A DNA stretch of 49,941 nucleotides from an uncultured Muribaculaceae bacterium (GCA_964494015.1 CAZBQC010000002.1:1-49941); one strand, 5' to 3'. Positions 1 to 9,528 are shown, counted from the first letter of the stretch. The notes: generated from the letters alone by a model not told the origin. A program made the numbers and translations.

Positions 1-53
1 ATGCCAGTATTTACAATTCACAATTTAGTAAAATAGAAGAAAATTAGTGTTTA

Positions 54-83
54 TTGAAATTACACTCCTAAGGATGATATAAT
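54..83 (+). promoter_or_regulatory. Putative sigma-A promoter (TTGAAA, 18-nt spacer, extended -10 TGATATAAT)
   Basis: TTGAAA at 54-59 and TGaTATAAT at 75-83, about 20 nt upstream of the AGGAG/ATG of the first ORF. Confidence 0.45.
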
Positions 84-102
84 ATTCTCAGGAGTTGATT
101 TT

Positions 103-1104
103 ATGGACCCTCTAATGGAAAGCTTTTTAAAGCTTCTTTCTGATCCGAAATTATATGTTTTAATATTTGCTTATAGTAATTTTGGTGATTTATTATCACT
201 TTGGGAAAATAAGGTTCATCTTCAAAAAGTTTCAAAATATAATCAATTTGTAATTAATAATTCAGAATTTTTAAATGAACTCCGTCAAAATCAACAAGTT
301 GCTGCCATCGATAAGGAAAAAGTCTCAATTTTAAGGCCTTATTTAGAAAAACTTAAGAATTATACTGATCCCGATAATTTAAAAACAATTTATAATAATT
401 TGCAAACGGCTAAGGTTGATAAAAAGTTCCCTTATATAATATTTCTAGGTATAAATATGAGTGCTTACTATGTGCCTCGAGATAATACTATTACTTATTT
501 TTCGCCTAAATCTTTAGGTCACGAATTTTTACATTTAGCTTCTTCTAGTTATGATGAGAAAAGAAAATTGATATTTTCGGGTTTTATGCAAAGAAGTAGC
601 GAGTTTTCTATTGGTAGAGGAATAAATGAGGGATATACAGAATTATTAGCTTCGAAAATTTACAATGAAGGAGAAGTGCGTGCTTATACAAGAAAGGTCA
701 AAATTGCTCGCCTATTAGAATTGTTCTTTGATGATCCCAAAGATATGGAAAAGTTATATTTCAATCATGATCTGCCAGAATTAATTCATTATTTGGAAGG
801 ATTTGCTAAAAGAGATGAGATAATTAAATTTTTAATAGAAGTTGATCATATGAGTAATCCAATTTCAACATCGCTTCATCCCATTTACCCTACTTACGCT
901 AGTATTAAAACTCAACTTAAACTACATAATTGGTTTATGGCTAAATCTCAGGATGCTGATAAAAAAGCAACTTTTGAAGGATTGATCAGAGAATCAAAAA
1001 TGGCTTCTATTATTTTAGATAGGCAGAATACGAAATTACATATGGAAGGTCCCTTTGCAGTAGATAGTTTCACAAATCAAGACGAGCATAAACCTAAAAT
1101 ATAA
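103..1104 (+). CDS. Hypothetical protein with a gluzincin-like zinc metalloprotease signature
   Basis: 333-aa ORF with AGGAG 8 nt upstream of the ATG. HEFLH is followed 32 aa later by GINEGYTE, a thermolysin-type HExxH...NExxxE arrangement. No other recognisable domain. Confidence 0.5.
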   Translation: MDPLMESFLKLLSDPKLYVLIFAYSNFGDLLSLWENKVHLQKVSKYNQFVINNSEFLNELRQNQQVAAIDKEKVSILRPYLEKLKNYTDPDNLKTIYNNLQTAKVDKKFPYIIFLGINMSAYYVPRDNTITYFSPKSLGHEFLHLASSSYDEKRKLIFSGFMQRSSEFSIGRGINEGYTELLASKIYNEGEVRAYTRKVKIARLLELFFDDPKDMEKLYFNHDLPELIHYLEGFAKRDEIIKFLIEVDHMSNPISTSLHPIYPTYASIKTQLKLHNWFMAKSQDADKKATFEGLIRESKMASIILDRQNTKLHMEGPFAVDSFTNQDEHKPKI

Positions 1105-1214
1105 ATTAATAAATTTACAGATCAGAGAATCAATCTAAAATTTGATGATGTACTTTACTAAAGATGAATAGTTCTATTACATCTTTTTTTTCTTATACTT
1201 TAATAGGTGAATTT

Positions 1215-1886
1215 ATGAAGAAATATTCGAAGTATATATTGTTAATAATGGCTCTTTTATTCTTATTAATAGCCTTCAATAAAGTCAATGCTGTCATGAT
1301 GGAATTACCACTTTCCGGTAAAGTTATTTTTGTTGACCCAGGACATGGTGGAAGAGATCCGGGTACCTATTATAGAAATATTTACGAAAAAAACTTAAAT
1401 TTGCAAATTGGGCTTATTCTTCGCGATGAACTTATGAATAAAGGGGCCATTGTCTATATGACTCGTGAAACAGATATAGATTTATCCAGTAAATGGGATG
1501 CTCGTAAAAAACGAGGGGACTTGTATCGTCGTATTAAAATGATGGAAAATGCTAAGGCTGAGCTTTATCTTTCTATCCATATAAATTGGTATCGAAGTTC
1601 TGGTTATCGAGGAGCTGAAGTACTCTATAATGGAATTAATCCCCAAAACAGGATTCTTGGTCAAGTAATTATGGATGGCTTTAAAAATGATTTGAAAAGT
1701 AAAAGAAAATTAGTTAAAACTAATTTATATATGTACCGAAGTACAAGAATACTAGGAGTATTAATCGAATGTGGATTCTTATCTAATCCTAATGAAAGAT
1801 ATTTACTTCAACAATCATCTTATCAAAAAAAGATTGCTACTAGTATCACCGATAGTGTTGTTAAATACTTTACGAGTGTTTCATAA
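1215..1886 (+). CDS. cwlD: N-acetylmuramoyl-L-alanine amidase (Amidase_3), CwlD-like, with an N-terminal membrane anchor
   Basis: Motifs VIFVDPGHGGRDPGT, LSIHINW and ECGFLSNPNE. I prefer the internal ATG at 1215 (AGGTGA 4 nt upstream) over the track start at 1164. A hydrophobic segment ILLIMALLFLLIAF follows the start. Confidence 0.7.
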   Translation: MKKYSKYILLIMALLFLLIAFNKVNAVMMELPLSGKVIFVDPGHGGRDPGTYYRNIYEKNLNLQIGLILRDELMNKGAIVYMTRETDIDLSSKWDARKKRGDLYRRIKMMENAKAELYLSIHINWYRSSGYRGAEVLYNGINPQNRILGQVIMDGFKNDLKSKRKLVKTNLYMYRSTRILGVLIECGFLSNPNERYLLQQSSYQKKIATSITDSVVKYFTSVS

Positions 1887-1961
1887 ACTTATTGCTTTAA
1901 TTTCACAAAAAGTTCATGGACAAAGTTGAAAAATATGATATAATTTATACTAGGTGGTTAG

Positions 1962-2915
1962 ATGAAAACAAAAGAATTTAAGACCTTAGACGAACAAATA
2001 GAAATTTTAAGGGAAAAAGGCTTGACGATTGAAAATCCTGAATATACTAAAGAAGTATTATTGAGAGAAAATTATTTCTTTTTAAATGGTTACCGACATT
2101 TATTTTTAAAATCTAGTATTGATAAGAAATTTATTGAAGGTACTACTTTTGAGGAATTATACAGTTTATTTTTATTTGATCGTGAATTTCGTTATATTAT
2201 GTTTAAATATTTGTCAGTAATTGAAAATAATATCAAGTCAATTATGGCTTATCAATTATCAAAAAAATATGGTTATCGAGAAAAAGATTATTTAAATAAG
2301 AGAACTTTTACCAATGAACGTTCTAAATCAAGACAAGTTAATGATTTGGTGAGAAAAATGCAAAGACAAATAAGAATCAATGCCAATCAGCATGCGGCGA
2401 CTCGTCACTACTTGATCAATTATGGTTATATTCCTTTTTGGGTATTAGTAAAAGTATTATCTTTTGGTATAGTTGGTGAGACTTATACCATATTAAAAAG
2501 AGAAGATCAGGAAGCAATCGCTGGTATTTATAGTATTGATGTTGATGAGTTTGCTTTATATCTATCACTTTTATCAAATTATCGAAATATTTGTGCTCAT
2601 GAGGATATTATTTTTGAAAATAAAACTCAGCGGATAATTGCCGATAATATTTATCATCAGGAATTAAATATACTTCGAAGAGATGGTGAATATATCTATG
2701 GAAAAAACGATTTGTTTGCTGTTGTCATGATGTTAAAGCAATTGCTTTCAACAAATGAATTAACGAATTTGGTTATCGAAATTAAAAGAGCTCTTGATAA
2801 CCTGGGTTACAATTTAAAAACGATCCCAATAAACAAAGTATTAGATCGAATGGGATTTCCTCCTAACTGGGAAGAAATTAGTAAAATAGGAAAGAAGGTG
2901 CTGAATAATGCGTGA
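1962..2915 (+). CDS. Abi-like protein (Abi_2 / AbiD-AbiF family)
   Basis: 317 aa. N-terminal EQIEILREKGL, then ENYFFLNGY, YIPFWVLVKVLSFG and YRNICAHED, which are typical of Abi_2 abortive-infection-type proteins. An extended -10 TGATATAAT lies at 1936-1944. Confidence 0.6.
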   Translation: MKTKEFKTLDEQIEILREKGLTIENPEYTKEVLLRENYFFLNGYRHLFLKSSIDKKFIEGTTFEELYSLFLFDREFRYIMFKYLSVIENNIKSIMAYQLSKKYGYREKDYLNKRTFTNERSKSRQVNDLVRKMQRQIRINANQHAATRHYLINYGYIPFWVLVKVLSFGIVGETYTILKREDQEAIAGIYSIDVDEFALYLSLLSNYRNICAHEDIIFENKTQRIIADNIYHQELNILRRDGEYIYGKNDLFAVVMMLKQLLSTNELTNLVIEIKRALDNLGYNLKTIPINKVLDRMGFPPNWEEISKIGKKVLNNA

Positions 2916-4014
2916 AAAATTATTAAATACCCTTTTGCTGGCAGTGGCTTTCATCTTAGGTGGTATCGGTTCATATTTTTTCATCGAATATAAGTTACCA
3001 GATGCTTATGCCGTTAGTGGTGGAGAAGTTGTTTGTAAAAGATCTTGTACTAATACCGTTGTTCAAACTGAGAATTCTATTAGTGGAGCTGTCGAAAAAG
3101 TTTATGATGCGGTCATGATGGTTCAAAATTATAAAAATAACAACATTCAATCGACGGGGACAGCTTTTGTCTATAAGACAGATGATAAATATGGTTATCT
3201 TTTAACTAATCAGCATGTCGTTGAAGGAAATACGAAAATCGTACTTATTACTTCTGAGGATAAAGAGATTCAAGCGACAGTTTTAGGAGGAGATGAATAT
3301 TTAGATTTAGCAGTCCTTCGCATCAACAAGAGTGAAGTTTTAGCAGTTATTGAAGTGGGGAGCAGTGAAAGTACTAAACTTGGCGATACAGTCTTTACGG
3401 TTGGATCACCATTAGGTTACGAATATCGTGGAACAATTACTAGGGGTACCTTATCGGGAAAAGATCGTCTTGTGACGGTTACTATCTCCAGCACTAAAGA
3501 AGAATATATGATGAAAGTACTACAGACCGATGCTGCTATAAATCCTGGTAATAGTGGAGGACCATTATTAAATGCAGAGGGTAAAGTAATTGGTGTCAAT
3601 TCCTTAAAATTAATCGAAAGTTCTGTCGAAGGAATGGGGTTTGCAATACCAATCGAATATGCAATGACACATGTGGCAATCTTGGAAAAAGGTCAGGAAA
3701 TTGAGCGACCAATGCTCGGTATAAATCTAGTTAATGTCAGTGAAACATTATACTTAAGTCGTAATGGTATTATTGTCGATAGTAGCATTAAAGAAGGTGT
3801 CGTCATCGTCAATGTTGTCTCAGGAAGTGGTGCTGAAAAGGCTGGACTTAAAAAAGGAGATGTCATTACCAAGTTAGGTGATGAAAAAATTACTGATGCA
3901 GCAATGTTAAAATATGTTTTATATAAATACAGTGTCGGTGATACGATTAAAATAACTTATATTCGTGAAAAGGAAACTAAGACAACTAATGCTAAATTAG
4001 CAAAAAGTACGTAA
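2908..4014 (+). CDS. htrA: HtrA/DegP-family serine protease (trypsin-like S1C domain plus PDZ), membrane anchored
   Basis: Catalytic triad context TNQHVV, DLAVLRI and GNSGGPL. C-terminal PDZ-like AEKAGLKKGDVITKLGD. The ATG overlaps the Abi gene stop by 8 nt. Confidence 0.85.
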   Translation: MREKLLNTLLLAVAFILGGIGSYFFIEYKLPDAYAVSGGEVVCKRSCTNTVVQTENSISGAVEKVYDAVMMVQNYKNNNIQSTGTAFVYKTDDKYGYLLTNQHVVEGNTKIVLITSEDKEIQATVLGGDEYLDLAVLRINKSEVLAVIEVGSSESTKLGDTVFTVGSPLGYEYRGTITRGTLSGKDRLVTVTISSTKEEYMMKVLQTDAAINPGNSGGPLLNAEGKVIGVNSLKLIESSVEGMGFAIPIEYAMTHVAILEKGQEIERPMLGINLVNVSETLYLSRNGIIVDSSIKEGVVIVNVVSGSGAEKAGLKKGDVITKLGDEKITDAAMLKYVLYKYSVGDTIKITYIREKETKTTNAKLAKST

Positions 4015-4016
4015 AT

Positions 4017-4046
4017 AAAAATGTGATTTTTAAAATCACATTTTTT
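4017..4046. terminator. Bidirectional intrinsic terminator between convergent genes
   Basis: Perfect hairpin ATGTGATTTTTAAAATCACAT flanked by an A-run and a T-run. Confidence 0.7.
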
Positions 4047-5472
4047 ACTTGGGTATAATTAAAACTTGACCTATTTTTAAGTTGTTATTAGTTAAATTAT
4101 TAATGCGTTTTATTTCATCGACTGTCGTATTGAATTTTTTGGCAAGGTCATATAAGTTATCCCCGCTTTTAACATAGTAGGTTTCATAATTTTCTGTCTT
4201 TGGAATCTGCAATCTTTGACCAATGAATAATAAGTTACTGGTTAGATTATTAAGGGCTTTAATTTGATCTACTGAAATTCCATATTTTTTGGCAATTGAA
4301 TATAAGCTATCTCCACTTTGAACGACATATTCGATATTACCGGTTGTTGGTTCCTCTTCAACTGGTTCTTCCTCAATTGGTTCTTCTTCGGTTGGAATAG
4401 TTAGAACATCACCAATTTGTAAAGTAGTACCCGTTAAATTATTAGCTTGAATTAGATCGTTGATACTAATTCCAAAATTATTGGCGATTTTCCATAGGCT
4501 ATCTCCTTTTTGGACGGTGTAAGTTTGTGTAACAGGAGGAGTTGTTGAAACAGTGCCAGTTGTTGGGATTAATAGTTGCTGTCCGACACTTAGCAAGGTA
4601 CTATCTAATTGATTAAAATTAACAATGTCATTCACGGTCGTATTATATTCTTTAGCAATTTTGTAAAGACTGTCTCCTTTTTGAACGGTATAAACAATGT
4701 ATTCTTCTGGAGTTGTTGGTGGAGGAGTGATAGAAGGAATTTTTAAAATTTGACCAATTTGAAGCATATTACTAGTTAGATTATTAAGAACCTTTAATTC
4801 ATCTACCGTCGTATCATATGCTTGGGAAATTTTCCATAGGCTATCTCCGGCTTTGACAATATAAGTGTTTTCACTACCAGTAGGAGGAGTATAAGCAAGA
4901 TTATAAGTTTTAGTAATTCCTCTTATTACGGCTTCAACATAATCTAATAAATTATTTTGCAATTTTTTTTGATCGCTGGTATTATCGATAAAACCATATT
5001 CAACTAGAATCGGGGTTGTCTTACCAGTATCTCTTAAAATATAATAATAATCTTTTGAGGTATCAGCTGGCAGCCTTCTTTGATAGAATTTTCTAGTTAT
5101 TTGACCTTCCTTGCCAATTTCTTCTAAAACGTTTTTTGCTAAAGTATCATTGTTGCGAAGAGCATAAATGACTTCGGCACCTTCTCCACCTCCGGCATTG
5201 ATATGATTAGATACCAAAACAACATCTTTCGTGTTACCAAAAGGAGTTAAAATTCGATTAATTCTTTCTTGACGTTCTAAAGTCTCATCAGTACTTCTAG
5301 TAATAGCTACAGGAATCCCTAATTGTTTTAATCGATTATACATATAATTAGCAGCTTCTAAATTAAAATTTTTTTCTTTAAGATTACCATAAACAGCTCC
5401 AGAGTCAACCCCGCCATGACCTGCGTCAACTACGACACTGATAGGATTTCGATAACTGTTATCGTTATTCAT
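4045..5472 (-). CDS. N-acetylmuramoyl-L-alanine amidase (Amidase_3) with five C-terminal LysM repeats
   Basis: VVDAGHGGVDSGA, SNHINAGGG and VEYGFIDN. Five repeats of the type Y.V..GDSL..IA......V..L...N.L.....L.IGQ.L.IP are separated by Pro/Thr/Glu linkers. Start set at MNNDNS (GGAGG 7 nt upstream) instead of the track start at 5529. Confidence 0.85.
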   Translation of the reverse strand: MNNDNSYRNPISVVVDAGHGGVDSGAVYGNLKEKNFNLEAANYMYNRLKQLGIPVAITRSTDETLERQERINRILTPFGNTKDVVLVSNHINAGGGEGAEVIYALRNNDTLAKNVLEEIGKEGQITRKFYQRRLPADTSKDYYYILRDTGKTTPILVEYGFIDNTSDQKKLQNNLLDYVEAVIRGITKTYNLAYTPPTGSENTYIVKAGDSLWKISQAYDTTVDELKVLNNLTSNMLQIGQILKIPSITPPPTTPEEYIVYTVQKGDSLYKIAKEYNTTVNDIVNFNQLDSTLLSVGQQLLIPTTGTVSTTPPVTQTYTVQKGDSLWKIANNFGISINDLIQANNLTGTTLQIGDVLTIPTEEEPIEEEPVEEEPTTGNIEYVVQSGDSLYSIAKKYGISVDQIKALNNLTSNLLFIGQRLQIPKTENYETYYVKSGDNLYDLAKKFNTTVDEIKRINNLTNNNLKIGQVLIIPK

Positions 5473-5603
5473 ATAAGACCTCCTAAAATAGTCTATGAAA
5501 TTATAAAGAAAATGATAATCTATTCTCAATAAAAGTAGTTACTATTTTTCATAGGCAATCTCATCAAGATATATTTACTATTTGACATAAACTATGATGA
5601 GGA

Positions 5604-5897
5604 ATGATGCTCATGGATAATCTTTTTGATTTTATCTTTGATTTACCACCTAAAACGCTTACTTTGATAGCAATACTCTTAGGTTTTATGATGATAGATG
5701 ATTTAACTTTTAATGAACAAAATGCTTTGGGGAACTTTCTAATGTTAATAGGACAAGTACTGGAAACTAGTGCGACTCAAGGACAATTATTAAATAGTAA
5801 ACAACAGAGAGCATCAGTTCCTAATCAGGATACGGAGAGGTTAAAGAAAGAAGTAGCCGAATTAAAAAATCAAGTCGATATATTAAACAACAAGTAA
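5604..5897 (+). CDS. Small hypothetical protein (one hydrophobic segment plus a C-terminal coiled-coil-like tail)
   Basis: 97-aa ORF containing LTLIAILLGFMMI and ERLKKEVAELKNQVDILN. The exact start among three close ATGs is unclear. Confidence 0.4.
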   Translation: MMLMDNLFDFIFDLPPKTLTLIAILLGFMMIDDLTFNEQNALGNFLMLIGQVLETSATQGQLLNSKQQRASVPNQDTERLKKEVAELKNQVDILNNK

Positions 5898-5934
5898 CTG
5901 ATAAGAATTTACTGGTAATGATAAAAGTAGTATA

Positions 5935-6804
5935 ATGTTAATGGGTGAGATGATGGGAATTTTATATATAGTTGGAACGCCAATTGGTAATATGAACGAT
6001 ATAACTTTTAGGGCTTTAGATGTTTTTAAAAGTGTCGATTTGATATTGGTTGAGGATACGAGACAAACAATTAAAATATTAAATAGATATGAGATCAAAA
6101 AACCAATGGTTTCGTATCATAAATTTAATGAAAAAGAACGAATTAAGAGTATTATAAAAAGATTGTTAAGTGGAGAGAATATTGCTTTAGTAAGTGATGC
6201 TGGAACTCCATGTGTATCTGATCCTGGTTATATTCTAGTTAAAGAGGCTCGAGATAATAAAATCGAGGTAATTGGTATTCCAGGAGCTTCAGCCTTAGTT
6301 ACAGGATTGTCTATTTCAGGACTCGATAGTAAAAGATTTTCCTTTATTGGATTTTTGCCAGTTAATAACAAAGAGCGAAAAGAAGTAATTGAAGAAGTTC
6401 ATCATAGTAAAATAAATACTTATATTTTTTATGAATCTCCTAAAAGAATTATTAAATTGATAAAATATTTTAAAGATGAGTTTAAGGATGCTAAAGTAGC
6501 AATCTGTTCTGACTTAACCAAGAAGTTTGAAAGAGTAATTTATGGTCAGATAGTTGATGTTTATAATCAAATTATTGATGACGATAAGATTGAAAAGGGA
6601 GAATATACAGTTATTTTAGAAAAGGATAGTATTAAAGAAAAGGAAGATGAAACTAGTCTATCATTAGAAGCCTTAATTATTGATTATATGGTTAAAGAAA
6701 AGGTGCAGGTAAAAGAAGCTATCAAAGGTATTTTAGAAAAGAATAAAAGCATTAAGAAAAATGCTTTGTATGAGGCCAGTTTAAATTTAAAGAAGTTAAT
6801 GTAA
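5935..6804 (+). CDS. rsmI: 16S rRNA (cytidine1402-2'-O)-methyltransferase RsmI
   Basis: GILYIVGTPIGN, DITFRAL, VEDTR, VSDAGTPCVSDPG and FYESPKR are tetrapyrrole-methylase-fold RsmI hallmarks. The start may be one of the internal Met codons a few residues in. Confidence 0.85.
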   Translation: MLMGEMMGILYIVGTPIGNMNDITFRALDVFKSVDLILVEDTRQTIKILNRYEIKKPMVSYHKFNEKERIKSIIKRLLSGENIALVSDAGTPCVSDPGYILVKEARDNKIEVIGIPGASALVTGLSISGLDSKRFSFIGFLPVNNKERKEVIEEVHHSKINTYIFYESPKRIIKLIKYFKDEFKDAKVAICSDLTKKFERVIYGQIVDVYNQIIDDDKIEKGEYTVILEKDSIKEKEDETSLSLEALIIDYMVKEKVQVKEAIKGILEKNKSIKKNALYEASLNLKKLM

Positions 6805-7245
6805 TTCTTTACATACTCCAGGATATGGTTTATAGAAACAATGATTTTTATATCTTCCTGCTAATTGTTGATCAAACCAAACGGTAACACAATTAGCATT
6901 TTTTGATGGAGCATAAAACCAAAGAGCATTAGTAGAAGGGTAATAAGCTTCGCCGTTAATAACTCTTTTAGCGAGGTCTCTTTCAGCGACAGTAGAGGCA
7001 CTGTAAAATAGAGGACTGAGGGTTCCAGAGAATCCGCCGGGAGATTGATAAATTGCGTCATAAATGTTGGTAATATTTTGAAAGGTCAAGCATTTAGCAA
7101 GAACACGATTAATTAAGACATTACCGACCATCAACATCCCTAGTTCTCCCTCGCCAACCGCTTCAGCACGCATAAGTCGCGCTAGTAGGTCAATTTCTTT
7201 ATCGCTAAACTTGACAACGCTACTGACACTACCATTTTCATCCAT
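6796..7245 (-). CDS. Spore cortex-lytic / cell wall hydrolase, CwlJ/SleB family (Hydrolase_2 domain only)
   Basis: 149 aa. LLARLMRAEAVGEGELGMLMVGNVLINRV, YQSPGGFS and WFY match the Hydrolase_2 core. Its size is closer to CwlJ than to SleB. Confidence 0.8.
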   Translation of the reverse strand: MDENGSVSSVVKFSDKEIDLLARLMRAEAVGEGELGMLMVGNVLINRVLAKCLTFQNITNIYDAIYQSPGGFSGTLSPLFYSASTVAERDLAKRVINGEAYYPSTNALWFYAPSKNANCVTVWFDQQLAGRYKNHCFYKPYPGVCKELH

Positions 7246-7300
7246 TTATACCACCTCATTTATCTCTATAATATGTTATGTCTTTTTACCCTTTAGGTTA

Positions 7301-7329
7301 TTGAAAATTAATGAAAATGATGATATACT
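7301..7329 (+). promoter_or_regulatory. Putative promoter of tRNA-Trp
   Basis: TTGAAA at 7301-7306, a 17-nt spacer, and TGaTATACT with the -10 hexamer at 7324-7329. The tRNA starts 19 nt downstream. Confidence 0.5.
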
Positions 7330-7347
7330 TAATAAGTCACAAGTAAT

Positions 7348-7421
7348 AGGGGCATAGTTAAATGGTATAATAGCGGTCTCCAAAACCGTGGTTGGGAGTT
7401 CAATCCTCTCTGCCCCTGCCA
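7348..7421 (+). tRNA. trnW: tRNA-Trp (anticodon CCA), CCA end encoded
   Basis: Acceptor AGGGGCA/TGCCCCT, anticodon arm GCGGT-CTCCAAA-ACCGT, T arm GGGAG-TTCAATC-CTCTC, discriminator G followed by CCA. Confidence 0.9.
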
Positions 7422-7424
7422 TGA
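7378..7424 (+). repeat. 47-bp direct repeat, copy 1 (3' part of tRNA-Trp plus 3 nt); candidate attL
   Basis: CTCCAAAACCGTGGTTGGGAGTTCAATCCTCTCTGCCCCTGCCATGA is identical to 9450-9496. Confidence 0.85.
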
Positions 7425-7432
7425 GAAATCCA

Positions 7433-7461
7433 AGTATAGTAAGCGATTACTGTACTTTTTT
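7433..7461 (+). terminator. Intrinsic terminator after tRNA-Trp
   Basis: AGTATAGTAA-GCGA-TTACTGTACT hairpin (one G-U pair) followed by TTTTT. Confidence 0.65.
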
Positions 7462-7787
7462 AATGATTAATTTATCAGCTAGGTAAAACTTAATCTAAGC
7501 TGATATAAAAGTACTATCATATATATTTTTTGAAATCAATAGTTTTTATAAAAAAATATCGTATTTTGTCAACTTTTTTCCAGAAAATGTTTGTAAATTC
7601 TTAAAAACAATGCTAGAATAGGCTTCAATTAATTGATTAAGGCGATGATTATGTGATAGCAGTATCAAGTTTGATCAATAGTTTAGTTAGTTTAGATTTT
7701 TATTTAATTATTTTTACATAAGTAATTCTAGTTTCAATGAAATTATGATATAATATGTAATATTAAAAACTAGAAAGGAGTCTTATC

Positions 7788-8276
7788 ATGGAAATAAGAG
7801 ACTTATATGATGAAAACAAAATAATAACAAATCAAACAATTGAAAAAGAAATCGCACTTACCAAAGGATTTTACTATTTAACTGTAGTGGTTTGGATACA
7901 AAACTCAAAAAACAAACTTTTATTACAAGTTAATAAAAAGTACAATATGTGGACTACTACAGGTGGACACCCAACATCTGGTCAAACTAGCTTAAAAGGA
8001 ATTGTTACTGAAATAAAAGAAGAATTAGGGATTGATGTAGAAGAAAGTAATTTAAAATTATTTAAAACTATAAAAACTGAAGATGATTTTGTTGATATAT
8101 ATTATTTAAAAATGGATGTTGAGTTAGAAAATATCAAAACTCAAGAAAAAGAGGTAGGAAACATTAAATGGGCAAGTATTGAAGAAATAAACACTATGAT
8201 TAAAAACGATATGTTTTTACCACCGCATATAGAATTTTTTCATTATCTTCTTGAATATTTAAACCATGAAGATTAA
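7788..8276 (+). CDS. NUDIX hydrolase
   Basis: Nudix-box-like GGHPTSGQTSLKGIVTEIKEELGI. AGGAG upstream. Extended -10 TGATATAAT at 7746-7754. Confidence 0.7.
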   Translation: MEIRDLYDENKIITNQTIEKEIALTKGFYYLTVVVWIQNSKNKLLLQVNKKYNMWTTTGGHPTSGQTSLKGIVTEIKEELGIDVEESNLKLFKTIKTEDDFVDIYYLKMDVELENIKTQEKEVGNIKWASIEEINTMIKNDMFLPPHIEFFHYLLEYLNHED

Positions 8277-8294
8277 ATCAAAATAAGAATTTTT

Positions 8295-8326
8295 AAAAAC
8301 AAGCATATTGATTATGCTTGTTTTTA
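8295..8326. terminator. Bidirectional intrinsic terminator
   Basis: AAAAACAAGCATA-TTGATT-ATGCTTGTTTTT lies between convergent genes. Confidence 0.7.
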
Positions 8327-8755
8327 AATTCTATTACATATTAAATCAATAGAGCATTTATATTTTCTTGCTAATTTATATAGATGAATCATTAGTATTA
8401 AAACTTCGCCACTTTCATAAGCTGATATCGTTGATTGTGTTGTATTTAGTAATTTTGATAATTTAATTTGAGTAATGTTATTTTGTTTCCTTATATATTT
8501 TATATTATTACCAACAATGTTTTTATCAATAATTTTTCTATTTTCAATATTGATTTTTTTCTTTGAAATTCCTTTCATGTAATCAATGTTTATATTATAG
8601 TAATTACATAAATCATTCATCTTCTTTAATGGAATTGCCTTACTTCCGTTTTCCCATTTACTGTAAAGAGAATGAGAAACTTTTAATTCATTTGCAATTA
8701 CTTTTTGAGTTTTTTTAAGTTTAAGGCGAATTTCCTTAATTCTTTTAAAATACAT
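8324..8755 (-). CDS. XRE-family transcriptional regulator with two tandem helix-turn-helix domains
   Basis: Two HTH_3-like units: LKKTQKVIANELKVSHSLYSKWENG and RKQNNITQIKLSKLLNTTQSTISAYESG. Confidence 0.7.
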   Translation of the reverse strand: MYFKRIKEIRLKLKKTQKVIANELKVSHSLYSKWENGSKAIPLKKMNDLCNYYNINIDYMKGISKKKINIENRKIIDKNIVGNNIKYIRKQNNITQIKLSKLLNTTQSTISAYESGEVLILMIHLYKLARKYKCSIDLICNRI

Positions 8756-8935
8756 TATGCATCACATTAATCTTTTTCAGGATCATCATATTTTCCCAAT
8801 AATTTATCAATAGAAAAACCATTAATTTCATAAACCAGATTTCTTTTAGAAACTTCTTGATACGAAACAGCTCTAACATTATTTGAAAATATAAAAAAAG
8901 AACAAACTACTACAAACAAAAAAACAACTTTATTA

Positions 8936-9331
8936 ATGGAAGAAACCTTTTATAAAGATTATAACAGTAATAAAAATTTGTTATATGATAATGAAAAGGC
9001 AAAAAAGGATTTTGAAGTTTTAATTAAAATATTAACCGATAATTATACAGACAATGATTTTGAAGATATTTGTAATCTTTTAGAATATATAACAAATGAA
9101 GATATTACTTATGATAATTTTGATAATGCTATGGATTTATGTAGAACATATTTGAAAGATGAATACAATTATTTTAAAAAAATAGAAATATTCTTATTTG
9201 ATCTACCTAGAGAAAAAATATTAAGCTTTATAGATTTTGTAATTCAAATTGATAGTAACATTATAAATATTGATCCTATAGTAGGTGTAGAAAAATATAT
9301 GGACAAGCTTGATTTGATCGCAAGAATTTAG
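8936..9331 (+). CDS. Hypothetical acidic protein
   Basis: 131-aa ORF with no convincing RBS and no recognisable motif. Confidence 0.3.
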   Translation: MEETFYKDYNSNKNLLYDNEKAKKDFEVLIKILTDNYTDNDFEDICNLLEYITNEDITYDNFDNAMDLCRTYLKDEYNYFKKIEIFLFDLPREKILSFIDFVIQIDSNIINIDPIVGVEKYMDKLDLIARI

Positions 9332-9449
9332 TATAATATAAAAAGTAAATTCAAAAAGTTTGTTTCTTCGTGACTATTGGCTAGTCAGGAAAAATCCTAG
9401 TCTACCGTTTTATAGGTTTTTATGGTGTTTGAGGTCGAACTAGTTTTGC

Positions 9450-9496
9450 CTCCAAAACCGTGGTTGGGAGTTCAATCCTCTCTGCCCCTGCCATGA
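9450..9496 (+). repeat. 47-bp direct repeat, copy 2 (orphan 3' half of tRNA-Trp); candidate attR
   Basis: Identical to 7378-7424. There is no matching 5' acceptor or D arm upstream, so it is not a functional tRNA. Confidence 0.85.
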
Positions 9497-9528
9497 TAGA
9501 AGTCACTCCAAACTTTTGGAGTTGATTT

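Noticed and set aside
1-36. A possible 3' end of an upstream gene (...PVFTIHNLVK, then a stop).
   Set aside because: It is too short to support any call.
9420-9496. A possible second tRNA-Trp gene.
   Set aside because: Only the anticodon-loop-to-CCA portion is present. No AGGGGCA acceptor strand or D arm lies upstream, so it is interpreted as an att-type repeat.
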